A stretch of DNA of 49,656 nucleotides from Cyanobacteria bacterium P01_D01_bin.156 (GTDB lineage: Bacteria > Cyanobacteriota > Cyanobacteriia > Phormidesmidales > Phormidesmidaceae). This document shows positions 28,501 to 37,500 of the stretch, piece by piece. The position numbers were made by a program, and so were the translations under genes. The notes beneath the pieces are model-generated. The model was not told the DNA's origin. It did no database searches and was given only the letters and a program-made list of their open reading frames with translations. The stretch lies in the NCBI GenBank assembly GCA_039024555.1, contig JBCCQQ010000048.1:1-49656 (forward strand). The letters are read 5' to 3'. The number at the start of each line of letters is the position of its first letter. The stretch's first letter is position 1.

Positions 28501-31500
28501 ACGGGACGACGAGACCGTAGACCCATGACCGATGAGGAATTGGGTGTTGATGGTTTGGCGGCCTATCTGGAAGCAAGAGACATTATCGAGGATAGCGATC
28601 TCTCTCAGATTCCCATTAGCCCCATTGACTATATTCGAGGCCGTTTAGAACAGGCGGGCTACACCACCACTGAAGTCACGGGACGCAAATCGGTGCTCGA
28701 CTATGATGCTGATGGCTCAGCGGTGTACAAGACTCGTTCCGCCAAAGAGATTTCGACCAATGGCAAAATTGCAGCAGTTAATGACTTTAACAGTGGTCAG
28801 GCCGATGTGATTATCATCAACCGCTCTGGGGCTACGGGGATTTCACTTCATGCTTCAGAAACCTTTGATGACCAGCGGCCACGGGTGATGATTGTGGCCC
28901 AGGCTAGCCGAGATATCAATACCTTTATGCAAACCCTCGGGCGAATTCACCGCACGGGTCAAGTAGAGCTGCCGAATTACAAACTTCTGATAACTGATTT
29001 ACCGGCTGAAAAACGACCGGCAGCTATCCTCAGCCGCAAGATGGCCACCCTTAATGCCAATGTCACGGCGGATCGGGAGACGGCGACGTCTATCCAGGGT
29101 GTCGTGGACTTTTTTAATGAGTATGGCGAGACGGTCATCACCCAGTTGCTTGAAGAGATGCCAGAACTCAATGAGAAGCTGGATGATCCGTTGGGTCGGG
29201 CCAATGACAATGATTTAGATCTGGTGTCTAAAGTAACAGGGCGTTTGCCATTGTTGCCGGTAGCGGAACAAGAACGCACCTATCAGCTGATCGAGACCGG
29301 ATATGCCGACCTGGTAGCCCAAAAGGAAGCCATGGGTGAAAGTTTGCTCCAGGCAGATCAGCTGGATTTGGATGCTCGCACTATTGCCCGCATGGAGGTG
29401 GTTCCGACAGACACCCAGTTTCAAACGGAATTTAGTGGGCCGGTGTATCTGGAAGTCATTGATGCAAAATCTCTGGGTAAGCCGTTGACCCAGGTGCAGG
29501 TGGCGAACCAGGTACGAGAGTTTTTTGAGCTGCCCCTCAGTCAACAGGTGGCCGAGGCTCATTGGGTCCGGCTGAAAGATCAAGGGAATGAGCGGGCAGC
29601 CACCATGATTGAATCGGTGACCGCCAGTACTCAACATTACAAAAATGGAAAACTGGCAAGCCTAGAAGTACTCAAAAAACAACAATTAGAACATCTGCCT
29701 GAAGGGGCTGAAGCGCCAGCACAAGAGAAAATCGACAAGCTCACCCAGAAGCTGGATGCGCAGCTGGCGTTTGTCACCAAACAACTCAAAGATTTTCCGA
29801 TGGGCACATCGGTCAAGATTACGCGGCAGCAGAACCAGACCACCGCCGATACGTTTTATGGAGTGATTACGGGAGTGGACCATCGAGATCGCGGAAGTGC
29901 TCCATCAGTCCCCAGCTCCTGGCATCTACGGGTGGCCCTTAGCAATGGCGATGTGAAATCCATGGCGATTCCGTTATCCGCTCTCAATAGTACTCAGCGT
30001 AAAGGTAAAACCGTTGGAGAAGCACTGACCATGGAGCCTGTTGAGCAGGATATGTGGACGGGGAAATCAATCTACGAAATGTTTGATCTCCAGCAGCAGG
30101 ATGCGCGGCAGCAGCGACAGGTGTTGACGGGTAATTTGGTGAAGGCGTGCGATCGCTATCCCGAAGGTAAGCTGCTCAACTTTACCGACCACAAAAATCG
30201 TATTCGTCAGGGGCTATTGCTACCCAAGTCCTTTGATATTGCCGATAAGCTCAGAAATGAACCGGTGGTCTTTGAAACGGCCCAGCAGGTCCATACGTTT
30301 TTAACGGAGGTCACTGAAGGACGCGGTGGCCTCAAAACCTTGGATGGAAATTTGTCCATTCGTCTGCACGGCAGTGGAGAGGGTTTGATTTTAGAAGCGC
30401 CTAGGGCCAAGGAAACGGGAGGAAAATACTATCTCAATTCAAGTTTGATTGACCGCATTGGCAAGGACTTTGTCTCCCGTGGCGACACCATGCGGGTCTT
30501 GGTACCGCCTGAGAATGCAGAGCGTACGTTGAATTCCATCATTACCCTTAATCCCATTGCCTGTGTCGATCCACGGTATTTACCCAAGGCCCGAGAACAC
30601 ATGGGAGTGACCATTCCAGAGTTAGAAACAGCGGCCGATGGTCAAGTGTTAGACGTCGAAGATGAGTTTATTGAAAGCAGCGGGGTGCCCTATGTGGACG
30701 ATCCAACACCGCAAGATATTGAGTCGTTGGAGGCATTATTTGCTCGGGGGGAGGATGCGAACTTACTCTCCGAGCAAGCATCAGAATCTTCACCAGTGGA
30801 GGAATCAGGTCCTACTGACGAGACTCCTGAACCAGCTCCTATCATTGAAACGCCTCAAAGTTCAGACAACCCATCCTCTATCCAACAGGTTGCTCTGAGC
30901 AAATACCAAACACGCATGGCAGAGAAGTTTATTTCTAAATTTCTCCATGAGGCAGACCTGGCAGAAAAAGTGGTGGCAGGAGACGACTTTCATCTGAAGA
31001 TTGAGAATGAGCCGTATATTCCGCTTGTCGTCGAAGCGCACAAACTAGCGGATGATCAGTATCAGCTCTATCTCACCCATTACATCGACATCAATGGCGA
31101 CCTCGTCCACGATGGGGAAATGGTCTTCAACATCCTGTCTGATGGCATTCTTCAATTGGATCAGACCGCTACTCAAGATCCTTTTCGCGGTGGAGAACAT
31201 CGAGTCTATGACGGTGGGGACCGATACTTTGCCAAACGGTTTGCGATGAATATTCGTGCCCAGGGCTTTGGTGAAGCGGCACGGGCACAGCTGGACCAGG
31301 TAACTATTACCCATGACGAGGAACCAGACGTTAATCCTGAAGAACACACTCTAGAATCTTCTACACCAGAAGCGATTCAGCCGTCTCTGTTGGATGGACC
31401 AGCAGGGATTGGAGATTATTCCCTAGATACAAACGGCGCAGATCCCAGTTGGGGGAATCCTGAACCAACAGAACATACCCAACACCATGACCAGCAAATA

Positions 31501-33000
31501 CCAAATCTAGAGCCACAGGACATCCCTCCACTCAAACCCTTGAGTGCTGATGCTCAACGAGACATGGCTCAACAGGATCGGGAGGCCTTAATTACCCAGG
31601 CACGGGCCATGGATTTAGAACAGGTTGCCCTATCCCTGGGCTTAGAGCGCAACACCTCTGACAAATCTAAATGGCACTTTGGCAGCCATGCGATTTCCAT
31701 CTCGGCTAACAAAGGTCTTTTTAATGATTGGCAGGCCCATAAAGGCGGTAGTGGGGCCATTGACCTAGTACTCCATATCAATGAGGACTGGGACTTTACG
31801 CAAGCGGTGGAATGGCTCACGGGCGACTCCATGGTATCGGTTCCATCGTTCCAGGAAGCTCAGGCCATTTTGCAAAAAGCCCAGCAGCCGACCGTCGAAC
31901 CGCTCATTATTCCGAAAACGGCATCGGCGAATTGGAGCAAAGTCCACGCTTATCTCACCCAGGACCGACGGATTCCAGCTGACATTGTTCATCAAGCTTT
32001 TCAGCAGGGTGTTGTCTTTGCCGATGAGCGCAGCAATGCGGTATTTACCATGCAGCAGCTACGGCAGGAGAGTCTCACTGGAGAACCCTCTGATAGTCTT
32101 CGAGCAGGAGCCATTACGGGCTATGCCCTAAGAGGCACGGCTGGAGAGTATAAGCATATCGCCAAGGGCTCCTCAAAATCAGACGGGTGGTTTCTGTTTC
32201 ACTCAGGTCAAAATGCCCAGCGCATCGTGATCACGGAATCGCCCATTGAGGCGTTATCATTGGCGGCCATGGAGCGCAGTGACACCACCCTCTATCTGGC
32301 CCTTAATGGCAATAGTCCCTTACCGGTCGAGCAGCTACAGCACCACATTGCCCAAGGTGGCGAAGTGATGACGGCTTTTAACAACGATGCGGCTGGCATG
32401 AATCTTAGTACGCGAGTGCTAGAACACTTACCTGAGGCAACAACCCTTTATCCAGACAGTGATTTTAACGATTGGAATGAGCAGCTATGTCATCAGCCAG
32501 AGATCTATCAACATCCAGAACAGGATCTTCTCACAGCTCCGGCCCTTGATGATTTGCGAGATTGGTATCGCAAGGCCGCATTCATGCAGCGGGGACCAGA
32601 ACACCAGGCCCAGATTGCTCAGGTAGGGCGTGGTGAACGAGACTTTATAGAGCGGGATGCAGCCGCGATGGCCGCCGATAACCGGGCCTTTGCGCTATCC
32701 GAACGCTTTATTCAGCATGCACAGCACATGCTGGCCCAGTGGGGGCAATCCCAGGGGGATGGGACATTGGCCATCGATATTGATCAGTATCATCTGCGCG
32801 GTTCGCCCGATGGGCTGAGTCTTTCAGTAACAACCGATGACAGTAAACCGTTGCTCCAGGTGGAGCAGGGGACACTCAACCACGTCACGATTACACCTAA
32901 TGACGCTCAGCGTTTTGAAACCCTAGGTGCTCAAGCGCGACAGGAACATTTACAAACACACCGAACTCACAGTCCACCCTCGAATGAAATAAGCCGATGA
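25588..33000 (+). CDS. Polyvalent protein: N6-adenine methyltransferase + strawberry-notch SF2 helicase + DUF6908-like + DUF3991/Toprim-like domains
   Basis: YEPTAGNG and ITNPPFG; GDQTGIGKG, DESH, SSATY, SGATGISLHA, QTLGRIHRTGQ; LKIENEPYIPLVVE..HY..NGDL; GSGAIDLV, ITESPIEALS, DWNE. Confidence 0.92.
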   Translation: MDFAAQQKLVTAFQDYFLAGNGFSTIVQARQFASDQLEQVLDPLSSDHKQVDEGIEKAIVRTARQLILGTDSLVPSVTTHQAFDRLTELLSRQPRLAVRTSTSMAQQAYSTPIPIAYFAATLAGIDANTVVYEPTAGNGALLISANPARVIANELNDDRFRELQHQGYAQLTQQNACDYSPAQGIVDVVITNPPFGRTRDPTTGQSQRFTIGDTWSAQLDHAIAFKALDALKEDGRAVLIIAAPHRRSQQITDEYRANQYNERETRGFFFNLYRHYTVTDHLTLDGNLYAKQGAGADIDLIVIQGRRAARDGPLIRALPAVDVPPILTTFNQLKERLPNVSLSHLSQTLEAPGESRHSDGEGTPEPYSANGPHLPRADGGTAELADMGSDLNQRSQSDGDSPNPESVSLPNSTHPNITGSAEGRRRSDSMVSGLGTDTGPGERDRSNDSKYSGADHRPTDARQLPLFSRTGATRQHYPTHLARYGETLAMVDSISTPKETTQVPYQPRSQGRSMDTLIPRNMANSAQVALMRFEQQHGNIDEFVRTSLGYSSIGELHQRLYAEQIDTIGLAISNLNRGNGFVIGDQTGIGKGCQCAAIMAYSTRQGKPVVFFTQKNALYKDILRDLETIGVRDFAPFVTDSNAKIELGKGAMLRTGSHGQQEQEMNRLMGMGNLGSYDAVFTTYSQIQTVAQKEPLRRHFLRSLAERGAIFICDESHEAGGSPQTGWQINGAPPNRADFMRELIDTTLASGGGVIYSSATYSKRPDVMDLYARSTDLRYAVGKHRSLEATLRVGGVPLQQVIAAKYVKSGQMMRRERSFEGVSFDTLTVPADQETADQFSAAMRAINAFDRAKQKEVKKLSKELRKEAKQLALDNAIGQVGVKSTNFTSLMHNCIEQGLLAQKAEATVQTTIQELEAGRKPVIALDNTMGAFIDAWADTHDAKPGDRVNITFSDLLARYLERSRDIAITNHTGRRDRRPMTDEELGVDGLAAYLEARDIIEDSDLSQIPISPIDYIRGRLEQAGYTTTEVTGRKSVLDYDADGSAVYKTRSAKEISTNGKIAAVNDFNSGQADVIIINRSGATGISLHASETFDDQRPRVMIVAQASRDINTFMQTLGRIHRTGQVELPNYKLLITDLPAEKRPAAILSRKMATLNANVTADRETATSIQGVVDFFNEYGETVITQLLEEMPELNEKLDDPLGRANDNDLDLVSKVTGRLPLLPVAEQERTYQLIETGYADLVAQKEAMGESLLQADQLDLDARTIARMEVVPTDTQFQTEFSGPVYLEVIDAKSLGKPLTQVQVANQVREFFELPLSQQVAEAHWVRLKDQGNERAATMIESVTASTQHYKNGKLASLEVLKKQQLEHLPEGAEAPAQEKIDKLTQKLDAQLAFVTKQLKDFPMGTSVKITRQQNQTTADTFYGVITGVDHRDRGSAPSVPSSWHLRVALSNGDVKSMAIPLSALNSTQRKGKTVGEALTMEPVEQDMWTGKSIYEMFDLQQQDARQQRQVLTGNLVKACDRYPEGKLLNFTDHKNRIRQGLLLPKSFDIADKLRNEPVVFETAQQVHTFLTEVTEGRGGLKTLDGNLSIRLHGSGEGLILEAPRAKETGGKYYLNSSLIDRIGKDFVSRGDTMRVLVPPENAERTLNSIITLNPIACVDPRYLPKAREHMGVTIPELETAADGQVLDVEDEFIESSGVPYVDDPTPQDIESLEALFARGEDANLLSEQASESSPVEESGPTDETPEPAPIIETPQSSDNPSSIQQVALSKYQTRMAEKFISKFLHEADLAEKVVAGDDFHLKIENEPYIPLVVEAHKLADDQYQLYLTHYIDINGDLVHDGEMVFNILSDGILQLDQTATQDPFRGGEHRVYDGGDRYFAKRFAMNIRAQGFGEAARAQLDQVTITHDEEPDVNPEEHTLESSTPEAIQPSLLDGPAGIGDYSLDTNGADPSWGNPEPTEHTQHHDQQIPNLEPQDIPPLKPLSADAQRDMAQQDREALITQARAMDLEQVALSLGLERNTSDKSKWHFGSHAISISANKGLFNDWQAHKGGSGAIDLVLHINEDWDFTQAVEWLTGDSMVSVPSFQEAQAILQKAQQPTVEPLIIPKTASANWSKVHAYLTQDRRIPADIVHQAFQQGVVFADERSNAVFTMQQLRQESLTGEPSDSLRAGAITGYALRGTAGEYKHIAKGSSKSDGWFLFHSGQNAQRIVITESPIEALSLAAMERSDTTLYLALNGNSPLPVEQLQHHIAQGGEVMTAFNNDAAGMNLSTRVLEHLPEATTLYPDSDFNDWNEQLCHQPEIYQHPEQDLLTAPALDDLRDWYRKAAFMQRGPEHQAQIAQVGRGERDFIERDAAAMAADNRAFALSERFIQHAQHMLAQWGQSQGDGTLAIDIDQYHLRGSPDGLSLSVTTDDSKPLLQVEQGTLNHVTITPNDAQRFETLGAQARQEHLQTHRTHSPPSNEISR
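26603..27052 (+). CDS. Nested overlapping gene (+1 frame, 149 aa) inside the methyltransferase-helicase linker
   Basis: AAGGAG at 26587-26592, ATG at 26603, TAG at 27050-27052; globular-looking sequence where the host frame is disordered. Confidence 0.65.
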   Translation: MFPYPTYPKLWRPQENPDILTVKVPQSHTQLTDRIYRELMEERLSWLIWEAISTNGHSLMEIHQTLNQFLSQTAPTQISPDLPKDEDDQIQWCQDWAQTLVQGNEIVRMTLNTAELTIVPLTPDSSHYSQGLELHDNTTLHIWLDTVKP

Positions 33001-33626
33001 CAATATCCACACAACCTGCACCCAAATCTCTCGATTCTGTTCTAAAGCAATATGGTGCTGAGGCCAAGCAAGCAGTGACGCAAATCCTTGCGGAGTATGG
33101 TGTGCGCGTCACCGATCCCATTGCGGCGGTGATTAGTTCAATCTATGCGGCTAATCTGCAAAATCTGGCCGCATTAGCCGAGGTACCAACGGCCTTTCAA
33201 GAACAGGTAAAACATGAGGTTAAGAGCTTTGGAGACTTATCTCAAGACCTTAAAGAACAACTACGGGGCATGTTAGCTCAAAAGAATGTTGACCTATCCA
33301 AGGAATTGGGAACAGAGTTGGGGCAGGTTGTGGAGAATGCGGTGACTCAGCACTGTAAGCGCATTGACCGGGTCAGTGATACGCAGGCCTGGATACGAGC
33401 GGGGTTACCTGCCTTGGGTATAGCCGCGCTTTTGATGTTTGGTGGGGTGGGGTTTGGCTATGCGTTTGGCATGCATCGGATCTCGCAAGGAGGACAGGCT
33501 AAGGTGCTATCGTCGGCTGAATTGGCAGCGTTACAGTGGTTAACCTCTGAAGAAGGGAAACAGGCTTGGGAAATGGGGGTACACAATCGAGGGGTAATTC
33601 AGCAGTGTTTTAAGGGGTTAGAGTGA
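32997..33626 (+). CDS. Membrane-anchored mobilization-associated protein (DUF6753-like)
   Basis: ATGA overlap with the upstream gene; helical N-terminus with GV..DP motif and one C-terminal TM; family named from recall. Confidence 0.55.
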   Translation: MTISTQPAPKSLDSVLKQYGAEAKQAVTQILAEYGVRVTDPIAAVISSIYAANLQNLAALAEVPTAFQEQVKHEVKSFGDLSQDLKEQLRGMLAQKNVDLSKELGTELGQVVENAVTQHCKRIDRVSDTQAWIRAGLPALGIAALLMFGGVGFGYAFGMHRISQGGQAKVLSSAELAALQWLTSEEGKQAWEMGVHNRGVIQQCFKGLE

Positions 33627-33784
33627 AAGGAAGGAAAGTGCACTCTGAAACTTTGACATAATGAACAATCAGTCATTATCTGACTCTCTCCCTCACTACA
33701 TTTTTTTAGCAACTCAAACGCTTTAGGATTCGCTCATCATCAATCTCCTCTAGACATAATCACTATTTCTCTAAACTAGAGCAT

Positions 33785-33822
33785 ATCTAATATGCCAACA
33801 TATGTATGTTGGCATATTAGAT
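33785..33822. repeat. Perfect 18-bp inverted repeat with 2-nt centre
   Basis: ATCTAATATGCCAACATA-TG-TATGTTGGCATATTAGAT. Confidence 0.9.
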
Positions 33823-34216
33823 CAAAACAATTTTCTCTTTATTAGAACGAATTTCAGAATCAAAGGTGAAAGCATACAAACGCTGAGTATTATTCTAACT
33901 TTCGGCAATGACTAAATAACAGATACCATTTTCGCCAAGCATAATCTCATTAATAAGTGAGATTCTTGATGAAGATGTTCTAAACCTAGTGTCATTTCGG
34001 TAAACACGGAAACTTCCAAAATATACTAAAGAAAAATATTAAGGCTTCATATCTAAATAACTCTCTTTGTTAAAAGATTACAAACCATTGATCTACAATC
34101 CAGCAGTTGTGCTGTTATCTCAGACTCATATAAATAGGAATATAGAATTGCAGGAAAGACTTATAAACCTATATCATCCTGTCTCTGTTCTCTTGAGTCA
34201 TAACAATAAATTTCCT

Positions 34217-34375
34217 ATGTCAAAGTTCAATCAAGCACCTAAGAAAGCTCTGTGGAAATCTCTTTCTGAAAAGCAGACAGAAACAGTGAAAGGTGGCGGT
34301 TATCCTCCTACTCTTATTGGTATTTTTATGGATTTAGACGTGTGGTGTAATCGGACAAGGCACCTAATGTCTTAG
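34217..34375 (+). CDS. Double-glycine leader peptide precursor (bacteriocin/RiPP-like), 52 aa
   Basis: MSKFNQAPKKALWKSLSEKQTETVKGG|GYPPTLIGIFMDLDVWCNRTRHLMS; the leader fits LSxxExxxVxGG. Confidence 0.7.
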   Translation: MSKFNQAPKKALWKSLSEKQTETVKGGGYPPTLIGIFMDLDVWCNRTRHLMS

Positions 34376-34377
34376 GC

Positions 34378-34415
34378 ATTCTGATTAAACCCACTTCAGT
34401 GGGTTTAATCAGAAT
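34378..34415. terminator. Perfect 18-bp inverted repeat, probable terminator between convergent genes
   Basis: ATTCTGATTAAACCCACT-TC-AGTGGGTTTAATCAGAAT, 2 nt after the peptide stop codon. Confidence 0.7.
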
Positions 34416-34553
34416 ACTCCCCAGGATTCCTCTATACACATTGAAGGGCGTTCTGCTCTCCGGTATAGTTCCTTGTGAGCATATTGACCCACAGCCTGTT
34501 TCGCAGCTCGTTTAGTATACCAAATCAGCCACAGCCATTGAGGTCTCTTCCTA

Positions 34554-37500
34554 TTAAAGACCAAGCCTAAATTGTTTTATGTTGTCTTGTAGGTAGGCAG
34601 AAGGGAGTTTGTAAGTAGGATCAATTTTCGCAGAGGCGGGTTGTTGATCAAGCACAAGTGTGAGGATCATTTGGGAACTAGTTAGCAAAGGTCTAGCTAC
34701 ATGAATCAATTGATTGTTCTCATCAGCCAAACGGATAGTTACCGGTAAATCTATAGGCATGGCCTGTTGCTGACCTAATCCGCTAGATCGAAGTTTCTGA
34801 GCTTCCAAGGTAAGCTGCACATCAAATTTGCCATCGGAGCGAGGGGTGTATGTTGCATCAGCAAGACCTACCTGATAAGTAACCACCTGAGCAAACAGCT
34901 CACGAATAATTGTTTGCTGATCTGGTTCATCTGCTTGGGCCAAGATTGTGTCTCGTAAATCTAGAACAGTGGCGTAGGGCGCAGACTGATAGTGATATCG
35001 CTGAAGGAATGATTGGATTCCGTCTAAAAGAGCATCTTGACCAATCTGATCTTCAATTAGTTCTAAGATCATGCTGCCTTTATGGCGAGCAATCGGTAAT
35101 TCGTTATAGATATCGACTAGGGGAGGTTCCTTAAAGTCTATTTTGCCAAGGCTGCGAAAGAAATCTCGCATACGTTGTCTTTGAGCAAGTTCTTGTTGCT
35201 CAGGGGTGCGTTGCGATCGCATATACAGATTACTAGCATAGGTACTCAACGCTTCTCGCAACGTCATTCCACCGGCTACATCAGCGGCAATCAACTGATC
35301 TTCCCACCAAGCCTGGGCCAATAAATACGTCACCCAGTCGATAATGTGGTCTTTGCCCAACCCCTGCGCCTGACTCTTCCAAACTAAAACTTCTGGAATT
35401 CCTAGGGTACCTCCTTCAGAAAACACCATACCGTCGTAGTATACAAACTCTACCACCCGTACCTGGTCAAAAGAGTAGGGGCCAAATGTGTCTTCGTAAA
35501 AGGTCAGGGCCTGCCCCACGTGTTGAGTAATCAGCTCAATATTGTCAGAGTGTTGAGGATGGTAATAGATTTCAATGGGAACTCGATAGCTATCGTCACG
35601 GTGGATGGCATACTCCCCAGAATAAATAGTAAATTTACCCCGGCTGTTGGGCTGTGACTGATAGCGAGCATAATTTCGACCATTCTCACTCCATCGATCC
35701 ACCAGTTGGCCGGTGCTTACGGGAGTTTGTTCGTTTGAAGTACCAATGGTGACATCGGTAGTGCTCCAGCCCAAATGGGTAAGCATCATCGCCTGGTTTA
35801 ATCCGATCGGATCGTCATGGGGACGCATCCGCTCATCGAGAGGGGGTAGATCTAACTTAGCCCTTAGCCAAGCTTTCTTATGCTCTACCATTTTGGTATA
35901 GCCGATAAAGGGCAAAATAAATGGGCTGTAGAGATTTGTTCCGTTACCTACCACATCATTTGGGTAGACCATATACACATCATCACTATCCACATGGTTC
36001 TGAAAACCACGGGGGCGCTCTGTTTGGGTCTCAAACTTGAGAGTTTGTTGCTCTCCTGGCAACAGCGGTGTAGCTAGGTCATAAATGTAATAGCCCCAGT
36101 CTGGATGGGCTTCTCGCAGGGTGGCACCGGGGTAAATCACATCTCCTAGCTTAAGATTAATAAACGTGAGCAGATGAATCTCGTTAATGGATTGGTTTGT
36201 ATTATTCTTCAGCTGATATTCTCCCTCAGCTTGGAAGTAGCGCTGGTCGGGATAGAGCTCAATATTTAACTGAGTATGGGTCACCACCGGCATGGGAAGA
36301 TTCTCATACTGCTTAAAGCGCCGTTCAATTTCAGCAGCGGTTTGTTCTTTTCCTGGAGGCTGATAGGCATTAACAATAGTTGTATTGTAAATAATCCAGC
36401 TACCCACTGCAGTCCAGACGATGGCCAATGCAGCTATTAGTTGTTTGATGCGTTTACCGGCTAACCTCCAGGCTCTTCTCAAACTGCGTCCACCACCACG
36501 AGGCCAGAGGACATAGGCCACCAGCATCAAAATTCCACCAACAATTCCCCAATAGAGGCTGTACCACAGGTGACCAGTAAATAGGTGACCATAGCCATTC
36601 ATTAATGAGTATTCAATATCATTGGTCGCCGCCCAGCGATAAAGGTTGTGATAAAAACCCAAGGCATCTAGCGGAATATGAATCAGAGAGATTAATACAG
36701 CAAGCCCCATTCCGGCATACTTATGCCGAGTAATCACCTGGGTAAATAACGCCAGAATTGCGGTGAGATAATAGTAGGGGCCGTGCTCCCCAAACAACAT
36801 TTGGAAATAGAGGGGGAATTCAAACTGGGTGTAGCCAGAGAGAATCTGGTAGGCTACCAAAACGGCCATAGCCAACAATAAATTTAGAGTGATAATGGCA
36901 AATAGGGCAGTAAGCTTAGAAAGTAACAATACTCCATTGGCAACTGGTGTCGCATCTATGACTGACTGCAACCGCAAGGTGCGATCTCGCCACATCAGCT
37001 CCGCTGCGTACACCACAATAATGGCGAATAGAATATAGTCCAAATAGATATTGGCTGAATGAATCAGAATGTCGGTGCTGGGATTGGAATAGTTAAATGA
37101 CTGACTCCCCACCGCTGCCATGACTAAGCTAATCAACCCAAATGCTGTCAATAGCCAAAATGCTTTCCCATGAAGCACCGTACGCATTTCAAAACCAGTG
37201 CGAATCAGCCACTGTTGCAGACTAGCTCGCAGCCCTACGGGTTGAGACTCAGCGGGCAAAGGAATATAGCGAAGATCTGTTATTTGACTGCTGCCACTTT
37301 TTCGCTTTTGTCTTTTTCGTCCTACGTAAGGCTGCATGGCATAGCTTATGTAGCTGGCTGCCCAAGTTATCGCACCGATGCCTAACCACAGCAACCGGTT
37401 CCAGGCTAAAGTACCACCTAGGGTGGGCATTTGAGTATTATGCTGATGCACTGTCCAGGTGAGAGTTTTGGCTTCAAAGGCATAAAAACCAAAGGGATCA

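Noticed and set aside
34067..34216. TTG-started N-terminal extension of the peptide ORF
   Set aside because: AT-rich promoter-like DNA; ATG at 34217 gives a typical GG-leader length.
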